From: Candidatus Bathyarchaeota archaeon
GTDB lineage: Archaea; Thermoproteota; Bathyarchaeia; Bathyarchaeales; Bathycorpusculaceae
Length of the DNA stretch: 64,000 bases
NCBI GenBank assembly: GCA_963815095.1
Contig: CAWFFH010000003.1
Location: 416,001 to 480,000, forward strand
Direction: 5' to 3'
Shown here: one piece after another, positions 20,267-30,489 of the stretch
Layout of the letters: every line of letters starts with the position of its first letter
Position numbering within the stretch: position 1 is the stretch's first letter
Translations under genes and position numbers: made by a program
The notes under the pieces: model-generated
What the model was told of the DNA's origin: nothing
What the model saw: the letters and a program-made list of their open reading frames with translations, nothing else
Database searches by the model: none

Positions 20267-23008
20267 TTATGGTCGTTTTCTGAGCATCAATAGAGCCAGA
20301 ACAATAGCTACTACAATGATTAGAACGAATAGACCAGCTATTGCGGGAACAAAGTACAAATCAGCTGAAGAGGACACTTGTGATGGTGCTGGTGTTGGTG
20401 TTGCTGCAGCTTCCATTACGTTGAATGCTGTTGTTGCGGTAGCTGGATAATAACCATTGGTTCCAGAGAAGGTTGCGACCACTTGATATGAACCTGCAAT
20501 GTCTGGTGTCCAAACCAAGTTGTATTGACCTGTTGCATCAGTTGTTGCTGTGCCAATGCTTCGATAGTTCCCGTTTGAGTCAAGAACGCTAATGTCGACG
20601 TCGACGCCTAAGAAGTTGGTTGGCAACGGTTTCTGCTGGTATAGGTACCCCATCCATTCACCCATGATCATGTCATTTGCGAGTGGAACACCGTTTGCGA
20701 AGCGTGATGCTAGCTGATCTTGCGTTGTGCCTGATGAAATGTCAGTGAGTGCACCTTTGATTACAACTGGTTGGCATGGTGCTGCGCCTAGATCTGGGGC
20801 TGAAACTGTCAAAGATGTGGGTCCTCTGCCCAGGGTGTAGATTTGGTTGTCAATGCCGTTGAAGAAGTTTGTGTATCCATCTGCTATTGCATAACTTACT
20901 GCGCCAAACTCGCCTGTATAGTCGTCTATGGTCCAGAGTTCAGCTCCGTTAGATGCATTGATGGCGCGGGTGAACGAGCCTTTGAAGATGGGTGTTTCGA
21001 TTGTATGTTCTGTAACAGCGATGTATAGTATTCCGTCGTCTAATCCATGACCGCCGACAGCTTGTATGAATCCAGGGTAATATCCTGGGGCTTGGTAACC
21101 ACTGTCGGTGTTATTTCCAGCAACATCGCCGTTGCCGTATGTCCAGTCAAGATTACCAGTTTTCAAATCGTAACAGTAGAGTATTCCACCGTATGCATAG
21201 CTGTATAGTTTACCAAATGCAAGTTGGCTGGCGATGTATGGGTAAATTGGGTTGCCAAAGTAGTCGAGTGCAGTTTGTGATGGCGAAGGACCCCATGCTG
21301 TTGAACCATCTGCTACATTATATGCGATAAAGTTTCGTGTTTCCTTGATTCCTTCAGCGAAGACTCCCACAGTTGGATCTAATCCACCATAGGTGATGCT
21401 TCTGTCCATTGGTACGCTAATTGTTCTCCACCATAAGGCTTGACCGAATGTTGCTGAATTCGGGTTTATGTCGACTTTGAAGTATGTGTAGTTTGCGTTA
21501 ACTAAAGAGCCGTCAGCGTTTGTTTGTCCAGTTAATGATGGATAAGACCCGTTTCTGCAAATCATGTAGTCACCATAAATAGCATTAAGAACAGTTGGAG
21601 TTCCAGACATAGTATTGCGCCAAGACCCTATAGTAACGTTCCAGCTGAAACGATTATCTCGGACATTGCTTGAATCAAATATGCTTCCATTGACTACTGA
21701 AGTTGATGTTGCGCTAGGGGGAGTTGATATAGTGCCACCAGTTGCATTATAGAGACTTGGTGAATTGCCTGAGTCACCTGGACGGAAGAAAGTCCCTTGC
21801 CAAAGTAGTGTTGAGTTCCATAAAGCCAAATTCCAGTCTGGATCTGCAGTAGTACCAAGGTTCTTCAAGACATATCTTAATTGTTCTCCGTTTGGACCCT
21901 GTACAATTGTTCCTGAAGGAACACCAGTAACATTGAACAGTGCATCGCCAGTATCTGCATCAAAGACTTGCGCAAAATTGTTAGTGCATAGAAGTGCCGG
22001 GTAAACACCATGTTGGTTACCGTTTTGGAGGTCCCAAATCATTGCAAAGTTTATAACTGGTACATCAGCACGCTGCCAGATGACTTGCCCTGTTCGCAGG
22101 TCAACGCATGTGGTTGGTCCAGCATTGGAACCTCTGAATGATAAGGGCGGATTATAATAGAGATGACCGTTGACAATGATTGGGTTTGTGTATCGTTGGC
22201 TGTAAGCAGAACCTTCAAAGTATGTATCGCCTTGAATTTCAAAGTTATTGCCGCCCACAACTCCTCCGGATTGGATTGGTTTTGTCCACATTACGTGGCT
22301 TGTAAGAGAACCAACTGCGTCACCTGGAAATCTCTGGACAAGTGAAGACATGCCAATGCCTGTAATGGTGCCAGCGCTAACAGCTGAGTTAACTGGTGAA
22401 CCTGTGCCTAGCCAATTAGAAGAAATTTTCCACCAATATGGGTTCTCCCCATAGATTGGGCGTGTCCAGTATTCAGTTGGAAGGGGATAGCTGTCAGGGT
22501 AAGTAGATATTGGGTCTTGTTGGACAACAAGTGTGGTGGTTGCAGTGCTTGGTAGATAAATGTCACCGAGATTTGTTGAATTTACTGGTTGGTCAACTCC
22601 TCCGACTGCCAGTGTTTGTCCACCGTAGACGAAGGTGATATTGTATGTGCCAACTTCCTCAGGGGTAAATTGAATTGTTTGGGCACCAGTGGTATCAAAG
22701 ATAGTATCATAATGCTTAACATCAGTTATGCCAGTAGGTGAAACGAAAGTAACCGTGTAATTATGGAACCGGTAAGTGTTTATTGCGGTTGAACCTGGTG
22801 GAGGTGCATTTCCAAGAAATGCGTACACTACTACTGTTTGACCTACTCCTGCAGTATGAGGCATTGCTTCTACAAGAGCATAAGTTGTAATTTGGTACGG
22901 TGGTGTATGTGCAGTGGTAGACGGTATCAGTAGAATTGATGCTCCAATCGATATTATTAAGATAAGTGCGATCGAAATAGCTGCTGTTTTATTTTTAGCA
23001 AATTGCAT
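20267..23008 (-). CDS. Large secreted, C-terminally anchored PQQ-like beta-propeller protein (paralog A)
   Basis: Signal peptide, Ig-like N-terminal part, D..TG...W blade motifs, Pro/Thr linker, TM helix, LRKRP tail; ATG at 23008 preceded by AAGGAG. Confidence 0.8.
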   Translation of the reverse strand: MQFAKNKTAAISIALILIISIGASILLIPSTTAHTPPYQITTYALVEAMPHTAGVGQTVVVYAFLGNAPPPGSTAINTYRFHNYTVTFVSPTGITDVKHYDTIFDTTGAQTIQFTPEEVGTYNITFVYGGQTLAVGGVDQPVNSTNLGDIYLPSTATTTLVVQQDPISTYPDSYPLPTEYWTRPIYGENPYWWKISSNWLGTGSPVNSAVSAGTITGIGMSSLVQRFPGDAVGSLTSHVMWTKPIQSGGVVGGNNFEIQGDTYFEGSAYSQRYTNPIIVNGHLYYNPPLSFRGSNAGPTTCVDLRTGQVIWQRADVPVINFAMIWDLQNGNQHGVYPALLCTNNFAQVFDADTGDALFNVTGVPSGTIVQGPNGEQLRYVLKNLGTTADPDWNLALWNSTLLWQGTFFRPGDSGNSPSLYNATGGTISTPPSATSTSVVNGSIFDSSNVRDNRFSWNVTIGSWRNTMSGTPTVLNAIYGDYMICRNGSYPSLTGQTNADGSLVNANYTYFKVDINPNSATFGQALWWRTISVPMDRSITYGGLDPTVGVFAEGIKETRNFIAYNVADGSTAWGPSPSQTALDYFGNPIYPYIASQLAFGKLYSYAYGGILYCYDLKTGNLDWTYGNGDVAGNNTDSGYQAPGYYPGFIQAVGGHGLDDGILYIAVTEHTIETPIFKGSFTRAINASNGAELWTIDDYTGEFGAVSYAIADGYTNFFNGIDNQIYTLGRGPTSLTVSAPDLGAAPCQPVVIKGALTDISSGTTQDQLASRFANGVPLANDMIMGEWMGYLYQQKPLPTNFLGVDVDISVLDSNGNYRSIGTATTDATGQYNLVWTPDIAGSYQVVATFSGTNGYYPATATTAFNVMEAAATPTPAPSQVSSSADLYFVPAIAGLFVLIIVVAIVLALLMLRKRP

Positions 23009-23229
23009 TTTTTTCTTTTCTCCTTTTAAGTTTATAGTCAATAAAATGGCTAATTTGCTAATAAAGTTATTCCCAATCCACAATATACCCTCAAATCAAA
23101 ACAAAAAAAGACATTATCTACATTATATTTAAAAATAAATAAATATATAGTGTAAATATTGATAAATAGTGTGGAAATATTTAATCAAAAACAAAAAAAA
23201 TTAGGGATAGAATAAGGCTATTTAGCCGA

Positions 23230-25953
23230 TTAGGGTCGTCGTCTTAGCATCATCATAAGTATGACGCCAATTATGACAATCACTATTATGATTGCTATTG
23301 CTGAGGACAGAATGTATGTGTCAGTCATTGTTGCCGGTGGTACTGGCGAGGGACTTGCAGTTGGGTGTTCTACGGCAACGTTCATGGATGTTACAGCGTT
23401 AGATGACCAGTAACCGTTCGTTCCTGCAAAGGATGCATAGACAGTGTAGTCACCCGCAATGTTTGGGGGGGTCCAAGTGTAGTGGTATAAGCCGTTTGCG
23501 TTCGTTGTTGCGTCGCCTATGTGGACAGTGTTGCCGTTTGGATCGACAGCATCAATTGATACTGGGACACCAACGAAATCAGTTGGGAATGGTTTCTGCT
23601 GATAGACGTATCCCATCCAATTTGCCATGCTAGCGTCGGATGATACTGGTACGCCATTGGGGAAATTGGCTGCCTGCTGGGTCTGTGTGGTGCCTGCCGC
23701 AATGTCCGTCACGGTACCTTGAATCACAACGCCGGTGCCTGCTTCTATAGCTGTTTGAGGCGCCTGTACAGTGACTTGACTTGGGCCTCTACCTACAACG
23801 TAAATTTGGTTGCTATAACCGTTGAACCATGTTGAGTAGCCATCAGCCATAGCATAACTCATAGCAAAGAATTCGCCTACGTAGGAGTTGAGTGTCCAGA
23901 TTTCTGTTCCATCTGTTGCATTGATTGCTCGGCTTAAAGCGCCCTTGAAAATTGGTGTTGTAACTGTGTGTTCTGTTGTGACTGTATAAAGAACTCCGTT
24001 ACCAACCGCATTTATGAATGTTGGATAAACGCCGTAAGCATTTGAGAAGCCCGCTTTAGTGCTATTGCCTACTCCACCGTTTCCGTAAGTCCATAGAAGG
24101 TTACCGGTTTTTAGGTCATAGGTGTAGAGTATGCCACCGAATTGGACGCTGTACAGTTTGCCATTGTCTGTGACGCCATTAATGTACGGTAAGGCTGGGT
24201 TTCCATAGTAGTCAAAAGCAGTTTGAGAAGGTGTGGGACCCCAGATTTTTGCACCAGTATCTAAGTTGTATCCGACCCACTGCATTGTTTCCTTGTATGC
24301 TTCGGTGAATACGCGTGATTGGAAGTCCACTGGTCCGTCTATTATAGTGATGTTTTGTGATGTTGCTGGAACCGTGTTCCACCATAATACTTGACCCACT
24401 GTGCCTCTTGATGCGTTAAGATTTACAGCAAAATATGTGTATGGAGCTGAGCTTGTTGTACCGAATTGACTTGTCGCTAGTCCCGGCATTGTGCCGTTTT
24501 CGCAGAGTAGTATATCACCGTAGTTAGCTGCAACGACTGAGAAACCTGCACTTGGAGGTCCTCCAAATGGCGAGGGTATCGTTGGTATAGTACTGGCCCA
24601 AGATGCTGAAACGTTGTAGTCATAGCGGGTTGCGGCACCTCCATCTACTGTACCACTGATTGTTGGGCTTAATGCTGCTCCTCCTGAATCGACGAAACCG
24701 GATCCTGACCAGAGGTTACTTGAGTTCCATTGAAGTAAACGCCAATTTGGTGCACTGGGTGTTCCTGCATTTGTTATTACGTATCTTAATTGTTCGCCCC
24801 ATGGACCCATAACTGGGCCAGAGACTGCTGCTCCTGCTGGTGAACCGCCACCGAATAGTCCTCCTCCTGAAGGTACATTAGTGACGTTGAAGATGGGGTC
24901 GCCTGAGTCTGCGTCGAAGCATTGTGCGAAATTAGCGGTTGCTAGGATTGCTGGGTAAACTCCGTGCTGGTTAGGGTCTTGAACGTCCCAGATTAAAGCA
25001 AAAGATAATGCGGGTACATCATTGCGTGACCAAAGCATTTGTCCAGTTTGAAGGTCGACACAGTCAGTTGGTCCGTAAGTTTTGACTGCTGAGAAGATAC
25101 CTTCAACTCCTGTAAATGATCTTGGTTCGGTGTAGTAGAGTTTGCCGTTGACTATTATTGGATTTGTGTATCTTTGATTGTATGCTGATCCTTCAAAGTT
25201 TGTGTCTCCTTGAATAGCAAAATTGTTTCCTCCAGCAACTCCTCCAGATTGCAGTGACTTAGTCCACATAATGTGGCCGGTAAGTGGCCCAATTGCGTCG
25301 CCGGGGTTTCGCATAGCCCATGCATTAGTCCAAACTCCGTAGCCTGCTGCACCTGTGCCTAGCCAATTAGATGATATTGACCACCAATTGGTGTTTTCAC
25401 CGTAAATTGGGCGAGTCCAATATTCTGTTGGCAACGGATAGCTGGATATCGATCCGGGAACGGCTTCTTGCTGGACTGTTATTGTGGTAGATGCTTGGCT
25501 TGGTAGATAGGTGTCGTTAACTAATTCTGAAGTGGTCGGATGGCTGTATGTGTTAAATGCTTGTCCAGGGAAGTTAAAGGTGAAAGTGTATACGCCTACT
25601 GCTGTTGGAGTATATGCGTAGAATTGGGACGAAGTGGTATCTTTAACAATGGGAAAATCGTGTTCTTCTGTTGTTCCGTCAGGTTTTGTAATAGTAAGGT
25701 TGTAGTTGTGGAATCTATAGTCATTTGATAATGCTATGGTTGGGTCAAATGTTTTGTCAAGCCACATTATAACGCTCGCTTGCTGACCTACGCCAATAGG
25801 GTTAGGTGCCACATTGATGTAAGCAAATGTTGGAATGTTCCAAGGCGGTGTATGTGCATTTGTTGAGGGAATAAGAATTGTTGAAGCAGTCATAGATACT
25901 ATAAGCAATATAGCGATTGCAATTGCTACAGATCTAGTTTTACCTATGTTCAT
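23230..25953 (-). CDS. Large secreted, C-terminally anchored PQQ-like beta-propeller protein (paralog B)
   Basis: Same architecture and conserved blocks as paralog A (PLPTEYWTRPIYGEN, HIMWTK, FEGSAY, EHT..TPIFKG); ATG at 25953 preceded by AAGGAG. Confidence 0.8.
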   Translation of the reverse strand: MNIGKTRSVAIAIAILLIVSMTASTILIPSTNAHTPPWNIPTFAYINVAPNPIGVGQQASVIMWLDKTFDPTIALSNDYRFHNYNLTITKPDGTTEEHDFPIVKDTTSSQFYAYTPTAVGVYTFTFNFPGQAFNTYSHPTTSELVNDTYLPSQASTTITVQQEAVPGSISSYPLPTEYWTRPIYGENTNWWSISSNWLGTGAAGYGVWTNAWAMRNPGDAIGPLTGHIMWTKSLQSGGVAGGNNFAIQGDTNFEGSAYNQRYTNPIIVNGKLYYTEPRSFTGVEGIFSAVKTYGPTDCVDLQTGQMLWSRNDVPALSFALIWDVQDPNQHGVYPAILATANFAQCFDADSGDPIFNVTNVPSGGGLFGGGSPAGAAVSGPVMGPWGEQLRYVITNAGTPSAPNWRLLQWNSSNLWSGSGFVDSGGAALSPTISGTVDGGAATRYDYNVSASWASTIPTIPSPFGGPPSAGFSVVAANYGDILLCENGTMPGLATSQFGTTSSAPYTYFAVNLNASRGTVGQVLWWNTVPATSQNITIIDGPVDFQSRVFTEAYKETMQWVGYNLDTGAKIWGPTPSQTAFDYYGNPALPYINGVTDNGKLYSVQFGGILYTYDLKTGNLLWTYGNGGVGNSTKAGFSNAYGVYPTFINAVGNGVLYTVTTEHTVTTPIFKGALSRAINATDGTEIWTLNSYVGEFFAMSYAMADGYSTWFNGYSNQIYVVGRGPSQVTVQAPQTAIEAGTGVVIQGTVTDIAAGTTQTQQAANFPNGVPVSSDASMANWMGYVYQQKPFPTDFVGVPVSIDAVDPNGNTVHIGDATTNANGLYHYTWTPPNIAGDYTVYASFAGTNGYWSSNAVTSMNVAVEHPTASPSPVPPATMTDTYILSSAIAIIIVIVIIGVILMMMLRRRP

Positions 25954-26161
25954 TTTTTTCTTTTCTCCTTCAATTTTATGCAAAACTTATGCAAATATTT
26001 ATTTTCAAGCTAGGTATATTTAGCCTTTTTCTTTTCACCACCAAATAACTCCATAATTTGCATTATTACCCAAAATAATCTATAAAATTTGTATAAGAAA
26101 GCTTTATTACCAAAATTTTAGTTGTGGCTCATAATATATTTAATGTTCAAGGGTACCCCAA

Positions 26162-27196
26162 GTGGCTCCAGCGAAAATAGATGAAACTGATGCGAAAATA
26201 CTGAAGATGCTGCTAGCTGAATCTCGGACCAGTTTTACAGATATTGCTCGCGAATGCAAAATTACCGTTGGCGCTGTTCGAATGCGCTATAAACGCCTGT
26301 GGAAGGAGGGCATAATTAATGGCGAAGTAACCTTGGTTAACCCTCACTGCCTTGGTTATCGACACATAATAGACCTAGGCATTATAACTGAAAACGGATC
26401 TGAAAAAGACGTTGCCATTTACTTAGAAAGTAAACCCTACATCTCTGAGGTTGTTGCTCATTTTGGAAAATACAATTTTTATGGAAAAGTAGCTTTACGC
26501 GACCTAAACAAGTTGTCGGAGATAATCGAAGATTTAGAGTCAAACCATAAAATCAAACGGGTAGAGGCTTTGATTTGGTCTGAAGCCATAAATGTTGAAT
26601 ACCCACAAAACTTAATTCTTAAACCTCTCAAACACGTTGGGCACGAAAAAAACAGAAGACCAATGTTAACTAATCTGGATCAGCCCCCTATAGAAATCGA
26701 TGAATTGGATAGAAAAATAGCGATTATTCTTTCAAGAAAATCCCGCACTCCCTTCAGCAAAATTGCATATCAATTAGATGTTTCAACAAAGACTGTGATA
26801 CAAAGATACAAAAAACTTCGAGAAAATTTGTTGACGCTTTCAACTATAACACTTGATTTAAATAAGATTGGATATGGGGCGCTAGCAAACCTTTACATAA
26901 AAATATCAAATAGAAGCAAATTAACAGAGATTTACAGCCAACTGCTTCAGATTCCAAACGTCATAGTTATCATTAGGCTCATCGGCGGCTACGACTTGTA
27001 TGTAGCAGCTGTTCTGGAAGATTTTGATGATATGTTCCAAATAACGGAGCAAATCAGTAAAATTGACGACATAGAAAAACCTGACATCTACATTTCTCCA
27101 ATGATGCCATCGTGGCCTCTAAACTTGTTTCCTTCGCTAATAGAGAATGCTACAATGCCGAAATATTGGACAAAAGAATCAAATATTAAAACATAA
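26162..27196 (+). CDS. Tandem (double) Lrp/AsnC-family transcriptional regulator
   Basis: Two HTH units (IDETDAKILKML..SRTSFTDIA and IDELDRKIAIIL..SRTPFSKIA), each followed by a RAM-like domain (G.YN/G.YD). Confidence 0.88.
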   Translation: MAPAKIDETDAKILKMLLAESRTSFTDIARECKITVGAVRMRYKRLWKEGIINGEVTLVNPHCLGYRHIIDLGIITENGSEKDVAIYLESKPYISEVVAHFGKYNFYGKVALRDLNKLSEIIEDLESNHKIKRVEALIWSEAINVEYPQNLILKPLKHVGHEKNRRPMLTNLDQPPIEIDELDRKIAIILSRKSRTPFSKIAYQLDVSTKTVIQRYKKLRENLLTLSTITLDLNKIGYGALANLYIKISNRSKLTEIYSQLLQIPNVIVIIRLIGGYDLYVAAVLEDFDDMFQITEQISKIDDIEKPDIYISPMMPSWPLNLFPSLIENATMPKYWTKESNIKT

Positions 27197-27341
27197 GAAC
27201 GTTTGAACAATGCTTTGCAAGTTTAATAAGATCTTTTTAGAAAATTTTGCCTTTCTCTTTAGATTTAGTCTTTTTTGCGTTTAAGGCGAAACATTTAAGC
27301 ACCAATCGCATCCTTTTTTGAGATTAAACAGTGAAACAGTA

Positions 27342-28727
27342 ATGAAACCTCACGTAACCTTAGTTAACCCTGCTGCTCCAGTTGGCGCCGCAATGCACAT
27401 GCCTTTTGCACTACTTGGCTTGGGATATTTGGCTGCTGTTTTAGAGAAAAACAACTACAAAGTTGATGTAATCGACTGCCAAGTATTGAAGCTCTCTTTT
27501 GAAGATTTTAAAAACGAGATAAGTAAACGCCAACCAGACATTGTTGGAGTAACTTCATCGACATTGACTTATCAGACAGCTTTAAAGCTAGTTAGGATTG
27601 CAAGGGAAGCTTGCCCAAACTGTATAACAATCGCTGGAGGCTCCCACGTGACTTTTTGGGATGACCAAGCACTCGAAGAGTGCCCTGAACTCGACATTGT
27701 CGTTAGAAGAGAAGGCGAGAATACAATGTTGGAGTTGGTGCAGCGAATCGAGGCGGACAAGAGTTACGATGATGTCTTGGGCACGACCAGCCAGAAAGAA
27801 GGCAAAATCGTTAGGAACCCAGACAGGCCCTACATTGAAGATTTGGATAGCTTGCCGTTTCCAGCGCGTCATTTGTGGCCGATGGAGAAGTTCCGCGAAC
27901 TAGAAGATATTCTCTACTTGGCCTCTAGCAGAGGCTGTGTATATTGGTGCGAGTTCTGCACAACTGTAAGGATGCATGGACGCAAGTATCGTATGCGAAG
28001 CCCAAAAAACGTTGTGGATGAAATAGAGCAACTCCACAAGACGTATGGAATTAATAAGTTCACGTTCTGCGACGACGCATTTACGGTAGACCAGCCAAGA
28101 ACGGAATCGATTTGTAACGAAATTCTACAGCGTGGACTGAAGATTGAGTGGAATTGTGGCACACGCGTTGACATGTTAACAAAAGATCTACTTGCGAAAA
28201 TGAAGGCGGCGGGATGTATTTCAGTATGGTTCGGTGTTGAATCAGGAACTCAGCAGGTTTTGGATGCCATGAAAAAAGGCATTTCCCCTGAACTTACAAT
28301 GAAGGTTTTGGGTTGGGTACGAGAGGCGGGTTTGCAGCCTGTACCAAACGTTATCCTTGGTTTCCCAGGCGAAACAAAAGAAAGCGCGTGGAAAACAATC
28401 AAATTCGTGGAAAAAGTGTCTCCTGACGCAGTGGGTTTCTACAATGTCGCTACACCGTTTCCGGGTACTCCCATGTACGATTTGGTTAAGGAGAAGGGTT
28501 GGATGCGAGTAACCGATTTTGATATGTACGACACAACCAAACCCATTTTTGAGACCCCACAACTTAGCATGAAAGAACTTGGCAAACTGCGAGAAGGCGC
28601 ATTCCATCACTATTACCTTCGCAGAGCATATTTCCTCGATAAAAGAAGGCGTTTTAAGTTGTCTACAGCTTTGATTGTTGGGGTGCATTTGATTGCAAAC
28701 ATTAAACTTAAGCTCAGAAGAAAATAA
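27342..28727 (+). CDS. Cobalamin-binding radical SAM protein (paralog 2)
   Basis: LGLGYLAAVL, GGSH, SRGCVYWCEFC, DDAF, GVESG, PFPGT. Confidence 0.92.
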   Translation: MKPHVTLVNPAAPVGAAMHMPFALLGLGYLAAVLEKNNYKVDVIDCQVLKLSFEDFKNEISKRQPDIVGVTSSTLTYQTALKLVRIAREACPNCITIAGGSHVTFWDDQALEECPELDIVVRREGENTMLELVQRIEADKSYDDVLGTTSQKEGKIVRNPDRPYIEDLDSLPFPARHLWPMEKFRELEDILYLASSRGCVYWCEFCTTVRMHGRKYRMRSPKNVVDEIEQLHKTYGINKFTFCDDAFTVDQPRTESICNEILQRGLKIEWNCGTRVDMLTKDLLAKMKAAGCISVWFGVESGTQQVLDAMKKGISPELTMKVLGWVREAGLQPVPNVILGFPGETKESAWKTIKFVEKVSPDAVGFYNVATPFPGTPMYDLVKEKGWMRVTDFDMYDTTKPIFETPQLSMKELGKLREGAFHHYYLRRAYFLDKRRRFKLSTALIVGVHLIANIKLKLRRK

Positions 28728-28765
28728 AGCGTCAAACAGCATGTTCCAAAGCTGGAACATTATCT

Positions 28766-29212
28766 CTAATGTTTGGGTTTCTTCCTAAAACGTAGCGCTT
28801 CAAATAGGAAAATAACTGCGGCAACTACTGTTACTACTGTTAACAACCAGAATGCTCCCTCAACGGAAGCTCCCACAATCAAATGTGGAATCAAAATGGC
28901 TATTTCGGCAATTAAGACGCCTACGAAGATGAAACCGAAGATTGCAAAGTTGGGGATAAGGTTTTTTCCGAACCAAACATATCCTTTCATTCCTATTTTT
29001 TCTTTAATAACATAGTTGCCATATGAATCTTTGACAACTAAACCGAGGTCAATGAGTTTTTGGAGGTTTCTGTAAGCGACACTTGGACTGCTGAGGTTGG
29101 CTCCACGCATCAAATCACGAGGGCCAACTGGCTTGCCGACTTTGACTAGGTAAAGGTAGGTTTGGAAGGTTGTTGCATTAAGTTCTTCCTCAGGTTCCAA
29201 GCCGAGCACCAA
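28766..29212 (-). CDS. Membrane-anchored winged-helix DNA-binding protein
   Basis: N-terminal wHTH (GPRDLMRGANLSSPSVAYRNLQKL..LGLV.K) plus two C-terminal TM helices; paralog of 50542..51027. Confidence 0.75.
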   Translation of the reverse strand: MVLGLEPEEELNATTFQTYLYLVKVGKPVGPRDLMRGANLSSPSVAYRNLQKLIDLGLVVKDSYGNYVIKEKIGMKGYVWFGKNLIPNFAIFGFIFVGVLIAEIAILIPHLIVGASVEGAFWLLTVVTVVAAVIFLFEALRFRKKPKH

Positions 29213-29443
29213 TGCATCAATTAGCAGGGTTGCCCTTAAAAAACCAAGCTATCTTGCAAAAAATTAGAAGCAGTCTTAAGAAGAAAATTTGAGTCAACTT
29301 TAAGCAAAATACATTTAAAGCGCAATCAATTTAGCCTCAAACAAAAAGCAAAATTTTTTTCAAATAATCGTGTGTAGACGGTTTACCGTAATTGATATTA
29401 ACCGTTTACCCAAAGTATCTCGAAAGCAAAAGCGTGGGTACTC

Positions 29444-30448
29444 TTGGAGATAAACGTCTTAAATGTACTAATTGCCTTAATCGTGCTGGTTTTAGCCATC
29501 TTGTTAGATTTGGTACTTGGCGACCCCTCACCCAACTACCCTAACAGGTGGGTTTTCAAGCTTCACCCAACGGTTTTGATGGGGCAGTTTACCAAGAAAA
29601 TTGAGCCCTACTTCAAAAACAAAGACGCAAAAACAGAAAAATTCCTCGGCATCTTACTCGGTTTAACTGTTATTGCAGCATTTGCACTTCCAGTTTTCTT
29701 CGGGTTATGGGCAATCTACACATTCAGTCCATTCTGCATCAACATCTTTGTATACGGTTTCATCGCCGTAATCCTAGTAAAAATGACAATTTGCATTAAA
29801 CTTGAGACAGATTGGGCAAAAGCGGCAGCCAAAGCCATCGACGAAAGCAATTTGCCTGAAGCCAAAAAATATAGTCATTTTTCGAGACGAGAATCCAAAG
29901 ACTTAAACGGCCCCCAGATGGGCAGTGCAGTTATTGAATCCATGTCTGAAAACCTAATCGACTTTAAACTCTCTCCCATGATGTCCTTTTCGCTCTTCGG
30001 CGTTACAGGCGCAATTGCGTTTCGAGCTATAAACACCCTTGATGGCATGGTCGGCTTCAAAACCAAAGAACACATCAATACTGGATGGTTTAGCGCTAAC
30101 CTTGATAACTTTGTAAACTTCATTCCAACGCGACTTACAGCTTTGCTGATGATTGTTGCGGCAGTACTCCTACGCATGGACGCGAAGAACGCTTGGAGAA
30201 TCGCACACAGAGATCACAAAAAAACTCCCAGCCGCAACCATGGTTGGCCAATGGGTGCAGTGGCTGGCGCGCTTAGGATTCAGTTGGAGAAACCTGGACA
30301 ATACATTCTTGGCGATGCACAAGAACCGCTGACTGGAGACAAGATTTTGGGTGCGTTGCGAATTCGCGATGTAACGATTATATTGTGGGGGCTACTTTGC
30401 GTTGCCGTCATTGTGCTTGTTCGGCTGTTTTGGTTTATGCCGATTTAG
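29444..30448 (+). CDS. cbiB: Adenosylcobinamide-phosphate synthase CbiB
   Basis: DLVLGDP, HP, IESMSENLID, RAINTLDGMVG, LD..NFIPTRL, SRNHGWP, LEKPGQY. Confidence 0.92.
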   Translation: MEINVLNVLIALIVLVLAILLDLVLGDPSPNYPNRWVFKLHPTVLMGQFTKKIEPYFKNKDAKTEKFLGILLGLTVIAAFALPVFFGLWAIYTFSPFCINIFVYGFIAVILVKMTICIKLETDWAKAAAKAIDESNLPEAKKYSHFSRRESKDLNGPQMGSAVIESMSENLIDFKLSPMMSFSLFGVTGAIAFRAINTLDGMVGFKTKEHINTGWFSANLDNFVNFIPTRLTALLMIVAAVLLRMDAKNAWRIAHRDHKKTPSRNHGWPMGAVAGALRIQLEKPGQYILGDAQEPLTGDKILGALRIRDVTIILWGLLCVAVIVLVRLFWFMPI

Positions 30449-30489
30449 TGGAAAGTTTTAATCAAGCAACGGGGTATTCTGACTAAGAA

